Source: Flavobacteriales bacterium (lineage in GTDB: Bacteria; Bacteroidota; Bacteroidia; Flavobacteriales; Flavobacteriaceae). From it: a stretch of 64,000 nucleotides of DNA. The notes below the pieces were generated by a model. The model was not told where the DNA came from. It ran no database searches and saw nothing but the letters and a program-made list of their open reading frames with translations. How positions within the stretch are numbered: the first letter of the stretch is position 1; each line of letters starts with the position of its first letter. Shown here one piece after another: positions 17,680-26,510 of the stretch. The DNA lies in assembly GCA_004213995.1 (NCBI GenBank), contig SGZJ01000004.1, forward strand, positions 725 to 64,724, read 5' to 3'. The translations under genes were made by a program, and so were the position numbers.

Positions 17680-18987
17680 ATGATTTTAGCATCAGAAACT
17701 TTAGGGACCATTTTTATAACAATTATTGCTTTTTTAATTGTTTCATTATTATTGATTAGTGTGCTTTTATATGTTAAGCAAAAATTATCACCTTCAGGTC
17801 CTGTAATGATTACAATTAATGGTGAAAAAGAAATTGAGGTTGCATCTGGAGAAACTTTATTAACCACTCTCGGTGCACAAAAAATATTTTTACCATCTGC
17901 ATGCGGAGGAGGAGGAACATGTATTCAATGTGAATGTCATGTGAATAGTGGAGGAGGAGAAGCATTACCAACTGAAATACCTCATTTCACAAGAAAAGAA
18001 ATTAAATCTGGTGCAAGATTAGCATGTCAAGTAAAAGTAAAACAAGACATGAATATTAGTATACCTGAGGAAGTGTTTGGTATTAAAAAGTTTGAAGCAA
18101 CTGTAGTTAGAAATTATAATGTTGCATCTTTTATAAAAGAGTTTGTAGTATCTATCCCAGAAGATATGGGTTATAAAGCTGGAGGATATATTCAAATAGA
18201 AATCCCTGAAGGTGAGGTTAAATTTTCAGATATGGATATAACAGCTCATCCTGATGAACATGAATCTGCCGATAAATTTAAAGCTGAATGGGACAAATTT
18301 AATCTTTGGCCTTTAGTTATGAATAATAATGAGCTTGTAGATAGAGCTTATTCTATGGCATCGTACCCTGCAGAAGGAAAAGAAATTATGTTAAACGTAA
18401 GAATTGCCACTCCACCATGGGATAGAAATAAAAATGGATGGATGGATGTAAATCCTGGAGTAGCATCTTCATACATTTTCTCTAAAAAAGCTGGCGATAA
18501 AGTGACAATCTCTGGGCCATATGGTGAATTTTTTATAAATGAATCCGATTCAGAAATGCTATATGTTGGTGGTGGTGCTGGAATGGCTCCTATGAGATCT
18601 CATCTTTATCATCTCTTTAAAACTCTACAAACTGGTCGAAAGGTTAGTTTTTGGTATGGGGGTAGATCTAGAAGAGAGCTATTCTATTTAGATCATTTTT
18701 ATAAATTAGAAAAAGATTTCCCAAACTTTAAATTTTATTTAGCATTATCTGAACCTCTTCCAGAAGATAATTGGAATGTTAAAAGTAATTTAGAGGGTGA
18801 AGGAGATGGTTTTGTTGGATTTGTTCATAATTGTGTTATCGATAATTATTTAAGCACTCATGAATCTCCTGAAGATATTGAGCTTTATTTCTGTGGACCC
18901 CCTTTAATGAATCAAGCTGTTCAAAAAATGGGTGAAGATTTTGGTATCCCTGATGAACATATCAGATTTGATGATTTTGGTGGTTAA
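17680..18987 (+). CDS. nqrF: Na+-NQR subunit F
   Basis: N-terminal TM helix, 2Fe-2S ferredoxin motif CGGGGTCIQCEC..C, and an FAD/NADH-binding domain (RAYSMAS, GGGAGMAPM). Confidence 0.94.
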   Translation: MILASETLGTIFITIIAFLIVSLLLISVLLYVKQKLSPSGPVMITINGEKEIEVASGETLLTTLGAQKIFLPSACGGGGTCIQCECHVNSGGGEALPTEIPHFTRKEIKSGARLACQVKVKQDMNISIPEEVFGIKKFEATVVRNYNVASFIKEFVVSIPEDMGYKAGGYIQIEIPEGEVKFSDMDITAHPDEHESADKFKAEWDKFNLWPLVMNNNELVDRAYSMASYPAEGKEIMLNVRIATPPWDRNKNGWMDVNPGVASSYIFSKKAGDKVTISGPYGEFFINESDSEMLYVGGGAGMAPMRSHLYHLFKTLQTGRKVSFWYGGRSRRELFYLDHFYKLEKDFPNFKFYLALSEPLPEDNWNVKSNLEGEGDGFVGFVHNCVIDNYLSTHESPEDIELYFCGPPLMNQAVQKMGEDFGIPDEHIRFDDFGG

Positions 18988-18999
18988 ATTATAATTTCC

Positions 19000-19377
19000 A
19001 TGGACAGTCCCTTATCAAAACAAGAACTTCATAATCTAGCAATGAATCATGTTGGTAAAGATCTTGAATCTAGAGGGTTTGAGTTTATTGCAATCAATAG
19101 TAAACTAAAAAAAAACCCACAATTTGTATGTATTGATAAAAACAAACAATACTTTTTTGTCATTGTAAAAGCAATTTTACTTCCTGAAAATCCAAACAAT
19201 TATGATCTAGTATGGATGGAAAAGTTTAAGCAACATGCTAAATCTCATGATTCAAAGGTTCTTTATGCTGGGGTAGGTTTAGCAAATGCTAAGAATAAAA
19301 ATAATCCAGTATATTTAAACCAGGATTATATAATTGAATATAATGGGATTCAAGTAATTGAGGATAATTTAAACTAA
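19000..19377 (+). CDS. Hypothetical 125-aa cytoplasmic protein embedded in the nqr-apbE operon
   Basis: Starts 12 nt after the nqrF stop. Its TAA stop overlaps the apbE ATG (TAATG). No signal peptide or TM helix is visible, and I recognise no family. Confidence 0.7.
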   Translation: MDSPLSKQELHNLAMNHVGKDLESRGFEFIAINSKLKKNPQFVCIDKNKQYFFVIVKAILLPENPNNYDLVWMEKFKQHAKSHDSKVLYAGVGLANAKNKNNPVYLNQDYIIEYNGIQVIEDNLN

Positions 19378-20342
19378 TGCGTTACCTATTATTAATATTT
19401 ATTACGGTTGTTTCTTGTACAAACAATTCGCTTAAAAAAACTTCCATTAGTGGTTATGTGTATGGTACTACTTACAATATTGTCTATTTTTCTGATGACG
19501 AATTACAATTAAAAATGCAAATAGATAGTCTTTTTAATGTTATAGATATGTCAATGTCTACCTATAATTCAAATTCATTAATTACTAAAATTAATAATAA
19601 TGAAGATGTTGAGTTAGACAATCACTTTAAATTTGTTTTTAATGTTTCTAAAAACATTTTCAATAAGACAAATGGTTATTTTGACCCTTCTATTGGCCCT
19701 TTAGTGAACTCACTAAATTTTGGTCCAAAAAACTATAACATACCATCAGTTAATCTCAAAACTCTAGTAGGTTTAGATAAATTTAATGTCATAGAAAATA
19801 AATTAAATAGACCTCTAAACTCTTTTATAGATTTTAACGCTATTGCAAAAGGATATAGTGTTGATTTAATCTCAAATTTTTTAAGTACTAATAATTTAAC
19901 TAATTATATAGTTGAAGTAGGAGGTGAAATTAGATCAAGTGGTATAAACTTAGATGGAAATCAAAATTGGAGAGTTGGATTAGATACTCCTAGATTTGAT
20001 GGTTTACAAAAAGAACTTTACAAAATCTTTAATTTAAAGAACAAGTCAATGGCAACTTCAGGAGTTTACAGAAAATTTAAAATTGATAGTTTAGGAAATA
20101 AATATGCTCATATTATTGATCCAAAAACAGGCTATTCTTCAACCACAAATATACTAAGTGTAACAGTAATTTCTGAGAACTGTATTGAAGCTGATGCATT
20201 TGCTACTGCATTACATCTTATGTCAGTTGATGAAATTGCTAATTTTGCAAAAAAAAATAATGAGATCAGTATTTTTATTATATATAATGATAAGAATAAT
20301 GAAATGAAAGACATTTCTTTCAATAATTTCCCTTCTATTTAG
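19377..20342 (+). CDS. apbE: FAD:protein FMN transferase (ApbE family lipoprotein)
   Basis: Lipobox TVVSC and ApbE-like motifs (FDPSIGPLV, NAIAKGYSVD, SMATSGVYRKF, HIIDPKTG, ADAFATAL). It lies directly downstream of nqr. Confidence 0.9.
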   Translation: MRYLLLIFITVVSCTNNSLKKTSISGYVYGTTYNIVYFSDDELQLKMQIDSLFNVIDMSMSTYNSNSLITKINNNEDVELDNHFKFVFNVSKNIFNKTNGYFDPSIGPLVNSLNFGPKNYNIPSVNLKTLVGLDKFNVIENKLNRPLNSFIDFNAIAKGYSVDLISNFLSTNNLTNYIVEVGGEIRSSGINLDGNQNWRVGLDTPRFDGLQKELYKIFNLKNKSMATSGVYRKFKIDSLGNKYAHIIDPKTGYSSTTNILSVTVISENCIEADAFATALHLMSVDEIANFAKKNNEISIFIIYNDKNNEMKDISFNNFPSI

Positions 20343-21090
20343 TGCACACCGGAATAATCTCTCCCCTAATTATAGAAAATTTTAATATTTCTTTATCACT
20401 AAATTTTTTTGAATAGTCTATTTGTTGAACTTTAAAACCTGTGTCCTCGAGCTTTTTAAAATAATCTTTTCCATAAACTCTTACATGATCATATTGGCCA
20501 AATATTTTGTTCCTTTCTAATTTATCAGTGATTGAATCGTCTTGAAAAGTTTTTTCTCTTTTCATATCAATTGGAACTTGAAAAATGCCTGTACCACCTT
20601 TTTTTAAAACTCTGTACAATTCACTCATTGCTTTATTGTCATCCAATACATGTTCTAAAACATGATTACACAGAATAAAGTCATAGGTATTTTCCTTTAT
20701 TGGCAAATCACATATGTCAGCCTTAATTTTTGCTAAAGGTGAGTTAATATCAATTGTATCATATTGAATATTTCTTAATTTCTTAAATCTTTTATAAAAA
20801 GCCTGTTCAGGTGCAAAATGTAACAGTTTTATTTTTTTTTCAAAAAGTACTGTTTCATTTTTTAAATATAACCAAAGTAATCTATGTCTTTCTAGTGATA
20901 GAGTAGATGGAGATAGTGCATTTTTTCTTAATTTATTATATCCATATGATAAAAATTTTCGAAACGATTTACCATCAATTGGATCGGTGAATTTATCTCC
21001 ACTTAATAAAATGCTAAGTAAAGGTTGAAAAATAAAACTAAACTTTATTAAAAAAGTTCTTGGAAATATTTTTAAAATTAATTTAATCAA
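20335..21090 (-). CDS. Class I SAM-dependent methyltransferase (Methyltransf_11-like) with a Cys-less N-terminal ribbon-like segment
   Basis: A C-terminal MTase core (..FILCNHVLEHV..LKKGGTGIF..). A TTG start is forced, because the first in-frame ATG lies deep inside the domain. The start overlaps the map stop (TTGA). Confidence 0.8.
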   Translation of the reverse strand: MIKLILKIFPRTFLIKFSFIFQPLLSILLSGDKFTDPIDGKSFRKFLSYGYNKLRKNALSPSTLSLERHRLLWLYLKNETVLFEKKIKLLHFAPEQAFYKRFKKLRNIQYDTIDINSPLAKIKADICDLPIKENTYDFILCNHVLEHVLDDNKAMSELYRVLKKGGTGIFQVPIDMKREKTFQDDSITDKLERNKIFGQYDHVRVYGKDYFKKLEDTGFKVQQIDYSKKFSDKEILKFSIIRGEIIPVCTK

Positions 21091-21902
21091 ATCTTATAGT
21101 TATTTATAAATTCATTCTCTTCATCAGATTTGATTCCTAATGCTTCATATATATAAGAGAATGTGGAAAGTAGTTCAGGATTACCATCAATAATTGCAAT
21201 ATTATGTTCAAAATGTGCGCTAGGTTTATTGTCTAATGTAGTTATAGTCCACCCATCCTTATGATGTTTAATTTTATGCGTCCCCTGGTTTATCATAGGT
21301 TCAATTGCAACTACCATTCCTTCAACAAATTTCTTACCCTTACCTCTTTTGCCATAATTTGGCATTTCAGGCTTTTCATGCATTGTTTTACCTAACCCAT
21401 GACCAACTAACTCCCTTACAACCCCATAACCTCTTTTTTCACAATAATTTTGAATAGCATAGCCTACATCTCCAACTCTATTTCCAGATTTAAAATTTCT
21501 GATTCCATGGTATAATGACTCTTTTGTTACATCCAAAAGATTTTTTACTTCCTGTGAAATGTTTCCAACTCCAAATGTATAGGCGTGATCTCCATAAAAC
21601 TCATTTTTCAAAACTCCACAGTCTATTGAAATAACATCTCCATCTTTTATTGGAGTATTATTTGGAATTCCGTGAACAACTTGTGAATTTGGACTTATGC
21701 AAAGGGTGTTAGGGAAGTCATACATTCCTAAAAATCCTGGAATAGCTCCATTGTCTCTAATAAATTCTTCAGCAAGTTTATCTAAATATAGTGTTGTAAT
21801 ACCTTCTTTAATTTCTCCTGCGATCATGCCCAGAGTTTTAGAAACAAGTAAAGCACTTTCTCTAATAAGCTCAATTTCTTCTCTATTTTTTGTAATACTC
21901 AT
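21087..21902 (-). CDS. map: Type I methionine aminopeptidase
   Basis: 271 aa. Metal ligands lie in conserved contexts (DGDVISIDCG.., GHGLG, VVAIEPMI, FEHNIAI). Confidence 0.93.
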   Translation of the reverse strand: MSITKNREEIELIRESALLVSKTLGMIAGEIKEGITTLYLDKLAEEFIRDNGAIPGFLGMYDFPNTLCISPNSQVVHGIPNNTPIKDGDVISIDCGVLKNEFYGDHAYTFGVGNISQEVKNLLDVTKESLYHGIRNFKSGNRVGDVGYAIQNYCEKRGYGVVRELVGHGLGKTMHEKPEMPNYGKRGKGKKFVEGMVVAIEPMINQGTHKIKHHKDGWTITTLDNKPSAHFEHNIAIIDGNPELLSTFSYIYEALGIKSDEENEFINNYKI

Positions 21903-21904
21903 AA

Positions 21905-23419
21905 TTATATCAGTGATTCTTGAGTCATTTCTTTTGGTTTTTTTATTCCCATAAGTTTCAAAATAGTTGGAGCAATATCTCCAAGGATACCACTTTTTAT
22001 ATTTTTCAAATCTTTATCTATAAGTATTACAGGTACAGGATTGGTAGTATGTGCAGTATTAGGCGTTCCATCAGGGTTAATCATAGTTTCACAATTACCA
22101 TGATCTGCAATTAATATAGTTGTATAATTATTTTTATTTGCAGAATTTATAACAGTCTCAACACATTTATCAACTGCTTCACATGCTTTTATTGCAGCTT
22201 TCATACTACCCGTATGGCCAACCATATCTCCATTAGCAAAGTTCAAACAAATAAAATCATGTATTTCTAAGTTTATTTCTTTGACTAAAGAATCTGTAAT
22301 TTCATAAGCACTCATTTCTGGTTTAAGATCGTATGTCGCAACTTTAGGAGAATTTTTCAATATTCTAGATTCACCTCTAAAGATATTTTCTCTTCCACCT
22401 GAAAAGAAAAAAGTCACATGCGGATACTTTTCTGTTTCAGAAATTCTTAATTGATTCTTGTTGCTTTTTTCCAATATCTCACCTAGAGTATTATTAAGAT
22501 TAGATTTATTGAATATAACTTTTATGTTAGAAAAAGTATTATCATAATTAGTCATTGTTACGAAATGAAGATTTAATTTCTTCATATCAAACTCTAAATT
22601 ATCTTTTTGCGACAGCACCTTTGTGAGTTCTCTACCTCTATCAGTTCTAAAATTAAAAAATATTACCACATCATCATTTTTAACTCTCGAAAGCGGTTGG
22701 TTATTAGAGTCTACTTTAATTATTGGTTTTATAAACTCATCGGTACACCCGTTAGCATAATTGTTTTCAATACTACTAATTAAATTTGAACTCTTTTCTC
22801 CTTTTGCATTTACCAACGCATCATAAGCAAGCTTTACTCTTTCCCATCTGTTATCTCTATCCATGGCAAAATACCTGCCAGTAACAGAAGCTATTTGAAC
22901 GGGGCTATTTTTTATATATTCATTTAAATCGGAAATATATCTTGTGCCTGACTTAGGGTCTACATCTCTTCCATCAGTAAAGCCATGTATGTAAGATTCA
23001 ATATTGTAATCTTTTGCAATGTCAATCAATGCTTTTAAATGATTAATGTGAGAGTGAACTCCACCATCACTTATTAAACCTAGAAAATGAATTTTTTTAT
23101 TATATTTTTTTGCAAATTCAAAAGTCTCTGCTATGACTTTTTCTTTTTTAAATTTATTTTGTTCTATAGATATATTAATCTTAGCAAGATCTTGATAAAC
23201 TATTCTACCTGCACCTAAATTCATATGTCCAACTTCACTATTACCCATTTGACCATCTGGAAGGCCAACGTGTAAGCCATCTGTTCTAAGATTTGAGAAT
23301 GGATATTTTTTGTATAAACTATCAATGAAATTTGTGTCAGCATTATCTATGGCTGAAACCTTAGGATCTGGAGAATTTCCCCATCCATCTAATATCATTA
23401 AAATTACTTTTTTATTCAT
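21905..23419 (-). CDS. gpmI: 2,3-bisphosphoglycerate-independent phosphoglycerate mutase
   Basis: 504 aa with ILDGWG.., MGNSEVGHMNLGAGR and ADHGN motifs. Confidence 0.94.
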   Translation of the reverse strand: MNKKVILMILDGWGNSPDPKVSAIDNADTNFIDSLYKKYPFSNLRTDGLHVGLPDGQMGNSEVGHMNLGAGRIVYQDLAKINISIEQNKFKKEKVIAETFEFAKKYNKKIHFLGLISDGGVHSHINHLKALIDIAKDYNIESYIHGFTDGRDVDPKSGTRYISDLNEYIKNSPVQIASVTGRYFAMDRDNRWERVKLAYDALVNAKGEKSSNLISSIENNYANGCTDEFIKPIIKVDSNNQPLSRVKNDDVVIFFNFRTDRGRELTKVLSQKDNLEFDMKKLNLHFVTMTNYDNTFSNIKVIFNKSNLNNTLGEILEKSNKNQLRISETEKYPHVTFFFSGGRENIFRGESRILKNSPKVATYDLKPEMSAYEITDSLVKEINLEIHDFICLNFANGDMVGHTGSMKAAIKACEAVDKCVETVINSANKNNYTTILIADHGNCETMINPDGTPNTAHTTNPVPVILIDKDLKNIKSGILGDIAPTILKLMGIKKPKEMTQESLI

Positions 23420-23432
23420 TGTGAAATCAATA

Positions 23433-23440
23433 CAAATTTA
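23433..23440 (-). promoter_or_regulatory. -7 promoter box (TAAATTTG on the minus strand) upstream of gpmI
   Basis: Plus-strand CAAATTTA lies 13 nt upstream of the ATG at 23419. Confidence 0.3.
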
Positions 23441-23480
23441 CTGAATTTTCAACAAATCTTTATCATTGTTCAGTATAGCT

Positions 23481-24200
23481 TTATAACCTCTTTGATAACA
23501 AGTCACTTAAATTAAAATTTATTTCAACTTCGTACGGTTTTTTATTTTGTTCAAAAATCCTAGCAGAGTTGTTTCCTTTTAAAATTATTCTGTCTCCACT
23601 AATAGATAAATAACTACCTTCTCTAAGGCCAATCACAATTTGAGAATTAAAAAAATGAAACTCCTTAATTCTAGTTTCTCTGGTCTCACCCATGTGTTTG
23701 TTATTAGTAATTGGATCGAGATAATGTGGGTTGATGTTAAAAGGAATTAAATTTAGTGCTTTAAAGCTATTTGGATGTATGATTGGCATATCATTACTAG
23801 TTCCAATTGAAGGTCCACAAATATTAATTCCTGCGCTTGTACCTAAATATGGTTTTCCAGAGTTGATGGCTTCTTTTAAAGAATTAATTAAATCATTATC
23901 AATTAATGTTTTAAGAAGTAAAAAAGAATTACCACCACCAATAAATATTCCATCATTATCATTTATTGCTTTTTTTAAATCTTTGTATTTATGTATACCA
24001 TTAAGCTTAATTCCTAATTTGATAAAAAAATCAGAGGCTAATTTTGTGTATTTTTCATGAGTTAATCCGTTAGGCCTAGCATATGGAATAAAAATTATTT
24101 TTTTTGAATTACTAAATAATAATTTAATTTCATCTTTTATATAATCTAAATAAGTACTTCCATATATAGTCGAAGTACTGGCTAAAATCATTTTTTTCAT
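23481..24200 (-). CDS. pepE: Dipeptidase E (peptidase S51)
   Basis: An S51 motif context (GGGNSFLLL..GTSAG..). I prefer the ATG at 24200 (MKKMILAST..) over the ORF-track start at 24239. Confidence 0.8.
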   Translation of the reverse strand: MKKMILASTSTIYGSTYLDYIKDEIKLLFSNSKKIIFIPYARPNGLTHEKYTKLASDFFIKLGIKLNGIHKYKDLKKAINDNDGIFIGGGNSFLLLKTLIDNDLINSLKEAINSGKPYLGTSAGINICGPSIGTSNDMPIIHPNSFKALNLIPFNINPHYLDPITNNKHMGETRETRIKEFHFFNSQIVIGLREGSYLSISGDRIILKGNNSARIFEQNKKPYEVEINFNLSDLLSKRL

Positions 24201-24254
24201 ACAGTAAATTTTAAAAAAAACTAACTTTTTATAATTCAAATTAAACTTACTGAT

Positions 24255-24262
24255 TATATTTG
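24255..24262 (+). promoter_or_regulatory. -7 promoter box (TATATTTG) abutting the tatA-like start codon
   Basis: An exact TAnnTTTG match only 4 nt upstream of the ATG at 24267. Confidence 0.3.
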
Positions 24263-24266
24263 TAGA

Positions 24267-24551
24267 ATGCTATTATATTTTTTTAATTTATTTATAAGTG
24301 GAGCTGAGATTGCAATAATATTATTTATTGCTGTAATTTTTTTTGGTGCAGATAAGATCCCTGATATTGCTAGAAATTTAGGAAAAGGTCTTAATGAAAT
24401 AAAACATGCTACTAATGATATTAAAAGAGAAATTCGATCTTCCTCAGAACCAATTAAAAATAATTCCATCACTAAAGATGTCGATAATGAACTCTCTAAA
24501 GTTAAAAAAGATTTAGAAGAGTTTTCAGGATCAATAAAAAGAGAATTGTAA
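24267..24551 (+). CDS. tatA: TatA/TatE-family twin-arginine translocase subunit
   Basis: One TM helix followed by FG..K.P and an amphipathic helix (IAIILFIAVIFFGADKIPDIARNLGKGLNE). Confidence 0.8.
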   Translation: MLLYFFNLFISGAEIAIILFIAVIFFGADKIPDIARNLGKGLNEIKHATNDIKREIRSSSEPIKNNSITKDVDNELSKVKKDLEEFSGSIKREL

Positions 24552-24552
24552 T

Positions 24553-25197
24553 TTATTTCTTAATGCTTATGGTTATTCCATCTCTTATTGGTAAGATAAC
24601 GGAATCCATATCTGTTCTATTATTTAACATTTTATTGTATTCTACTATAGCTTTAGTGGATTTGTCCTTTTGAGAAATTTCATTCAAAACCTTACCATCC
24701 CATAGTACATTGTCTGAGAGCAATACTCCTCCTTTTTTTAATCTAATTATTAAAATATCTAAATATTTTGGATAGTTGATTTTATCAGCATCTAAAAAGA
24801 TTAAATCAAAGTCATGATCTAATTTTGGAATAATCTCTAATGCATTTCCTAAGTGTTGTGTAATGTTACTATTGAAAGAAGATTTTTTAAAATATTTTCT
24901 TTGTAAATCATATAATTCTTCGTTAATATCTACGGTATGGATCTGACCGTTTTTTTCTAAGCCTTCAGCTAAACATAATGTTGAATAGCCTGTAAATGTT
25001 CCAATTTCTAATATTTTTTTAGGATTAATTATTTTAGAAATTATACTTAATAATCTCCCTTGAAAAGCGCCGCTTATCATTCTTGGTTGAAGAACTTTTA
25101 GATTGGTTTCTCTATTTAAATCACTAAGTATTTCAGGCTCTTTTTCAGAGTGATTAATTAAGTATTCATCTAGTTTTTCGTTATTGATGTATTTCAT
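24553..25197 (-). CDS. Class I SAM-dependent O-methyltransferase (caffeoyl-CoA OMT / TrmR-like)
   Basis: 214 aa with ..ILEIGTFTGYSTL.., DLIFLDADK and GGVLLSDNVLW. Confidence 0.85.
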   Translation of the reverse strand: MKYINNEKLDEYLINHSEKEPEILSDLNRETNLKVLQPRMISGAFQGRLLSIISKIINPKKILEIGTFTGYSTLCLAEGLEKNGQIHTVDINEELYDLQRKYFKKSSFNSNITQHLGNALEIIPKLDHDFDLIFLDADKINYPKYLDILIIRLKKGGVLLSDNVLWDGKVLNEISQKDKSTKAIVEYNKMLNNRTDMDSVILPIRDGITISIKK

Positions 25198-26456
25198 TAA
25201 ATCAGTAACTTTAACTTTTCAACAAATAAATAAACTTCCTCAAAAGAGTTGTATAATGGAGTAGGAGCACATCTAATAACATTTGGGTCTCTCCAATCTG
25301 TTATCACTCCAAGATCAGTTAAGTTTTTATGAAATTTTTTATCGGCATCATTAATCTTTATTGAAATTTGACATCCTCTAGATGTTGATTCTGCTGGAGT
25401 TATTATATTAATTTTTGTTGAATTAAGATCTTTTAAAAGAAATTCTAAGTAACCCGTTAACAATGTAGATTTTTCACATAACTTTTTCATACCGACATCT
25501 TTAAATATTTCAAGAGAAGCTTTTATTGCAGCCATAGAAAGAATTGTTGGCGTGCTAATCTGCCAACCATCAGCTCCTGGAATAGTTTGAAAAGGTTCTC
25601 TCATATTAAACCGATTTTTTAAGTCGTTACCCCACCATCCTTTAAATCTATTAATATCATTATTATATGCATGTCGCTCATGAACGAAGCATCCAGATAA
25701 ACTTCCAGGACCTGAATTTAAGTACTTGTAACTACACCAAATTGCAAAATCTGCACCGACTTTATTTAGATTTAATTGAACATTTCCAGCTGCATGAGCA
25801 CAGTCAAAACCAACAATAGAATTATATCTATGACCAATTTCTGTTATTTTTTTTAAATTAAAATATTCACCGGTGTAATAATTTACACCACCAATTAATA
25901 CTAAAGCAATTTCATTTTTATTTTCTAAAAAAATATTTTCCAATTCCTGATATTTATTTTCTGAATTTTTTGTTTCCCATAGAATTATTCCATCTTCAGC
26001 ATTATGACCATGATGAACTAATTGTGACTCAACTGCATATATGTCTGAAGGAAAAGAATCGGCTTCTAAAATAATTTTAAATTTCTTGTCAGTAGGTTTA
26101 TAAAATGACACCATCATCAAGTGTAGATTTACAGTAAGCGTGTTCATAACAACTACTTCTAGTGGTTTTGCTCCGACAATGTTCGCCATTTCATTAGTAA
26201 GATAGCTATGATATTCAAGCCATGGATTTTTTGCATTACTCCATCCATTAACTCCTAAATTCGCCCAGTCTTTTATTTCTTTATCTATAAAAGATTTTGT
26301 TGATTTAGGTTGAAGTCCTAAAGAATTTCCGCAAAAGTATATTAGATCCTTATTATGAATATCCTTAGGAATATGGAAAAGATTTCTATAATTTGAAAGA
26401 CAATCTTTTTTATCTAATTGGATAGCAAAGTTTAATGAGTTTTCAAGTTTAATCAA
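25197..26456 (-). CDS. kynU: Kynureninase
   Basis: 419 aa with ..YFCGNSLGLQP.., a PLP-lysine context CSYKYLNSGPG, and RCAPTPLYNSF. A TTG start at 26456 is required, because the first ATG is about 90 codons inside the conserved region. Confidence 0.9.
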   Translation of the reverse strand: MIKLENSLNFAIQLDKKDCLSNYRNLFHIPKDIHNKDLIYFCGNSLGLQPKSTKSFIDKEIKDWANLGVNGWSNAKNPWLEYHSYLTNEMANIVGAKPLEVVVMNTLTVNLHLMMVSFYKPTDKKFKIILEADSFPSDIYAVESQLVHHGHNAEDGIILWETKNSENKYQELENIFLENKNEIALVLIGGVNYYTGEYFNLKKITEIGHRYNSIVGFDCAHAAGNVQLNLNKVGADFAIWCSYKYLNSGPGSLSGCFVHERHAYNNDINRFKGWWGNDLKNRFNMREPFQTIPGADGWQISTPTILSMAAIKASLEIFKDVGMKKLCEKSTLLTGYLEFLLKDLNSTKINIITPAESTSRGCQISIKINDADKKFHKNLTDLGVITDWRDPNVIRCAPTPLYNSFEEVYLFVEKLKLLI

Positions 26457-26477
26457 AATAGTAATTTATGTGTTCAG

Positions 26478-26485
26478 CAAAAGTA
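26478..26485 (-). promoter_or_regulatory. -7 promoter box (TACTTTTG on the minus strand) upstream of kynU
   Basis: Plus-strand CAAAAGTA lies 21 nt upstream of the TTG start at 26456. Confidence 0.35.
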
Positions 26486-26510
26486 ATAATTATTAATAAA
26501 GTATATAATT

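Noticed and set aside
23731-24060. Other antisense or overlapping ORFs in the track: 663..848, 13757..13948, 17661..17867, 20132..20323, 21697..21954, 21920..22114, 23731..24060, 24254..24472, 27858..28070, 30641..30952, 31784..32074, 36091..36291, 37375..37656, 38244..38456, 39758..40054, 46970..47176, 50622..50855, 52899..53114.
   Set aside because: Each is fully or mostly nested in, or antisense to, a gene with clear family signatures. The translations are Ile/Leu/Phe/Ser-rich mirror sequences without motifs, signal logic or independent promoter and terminator context.
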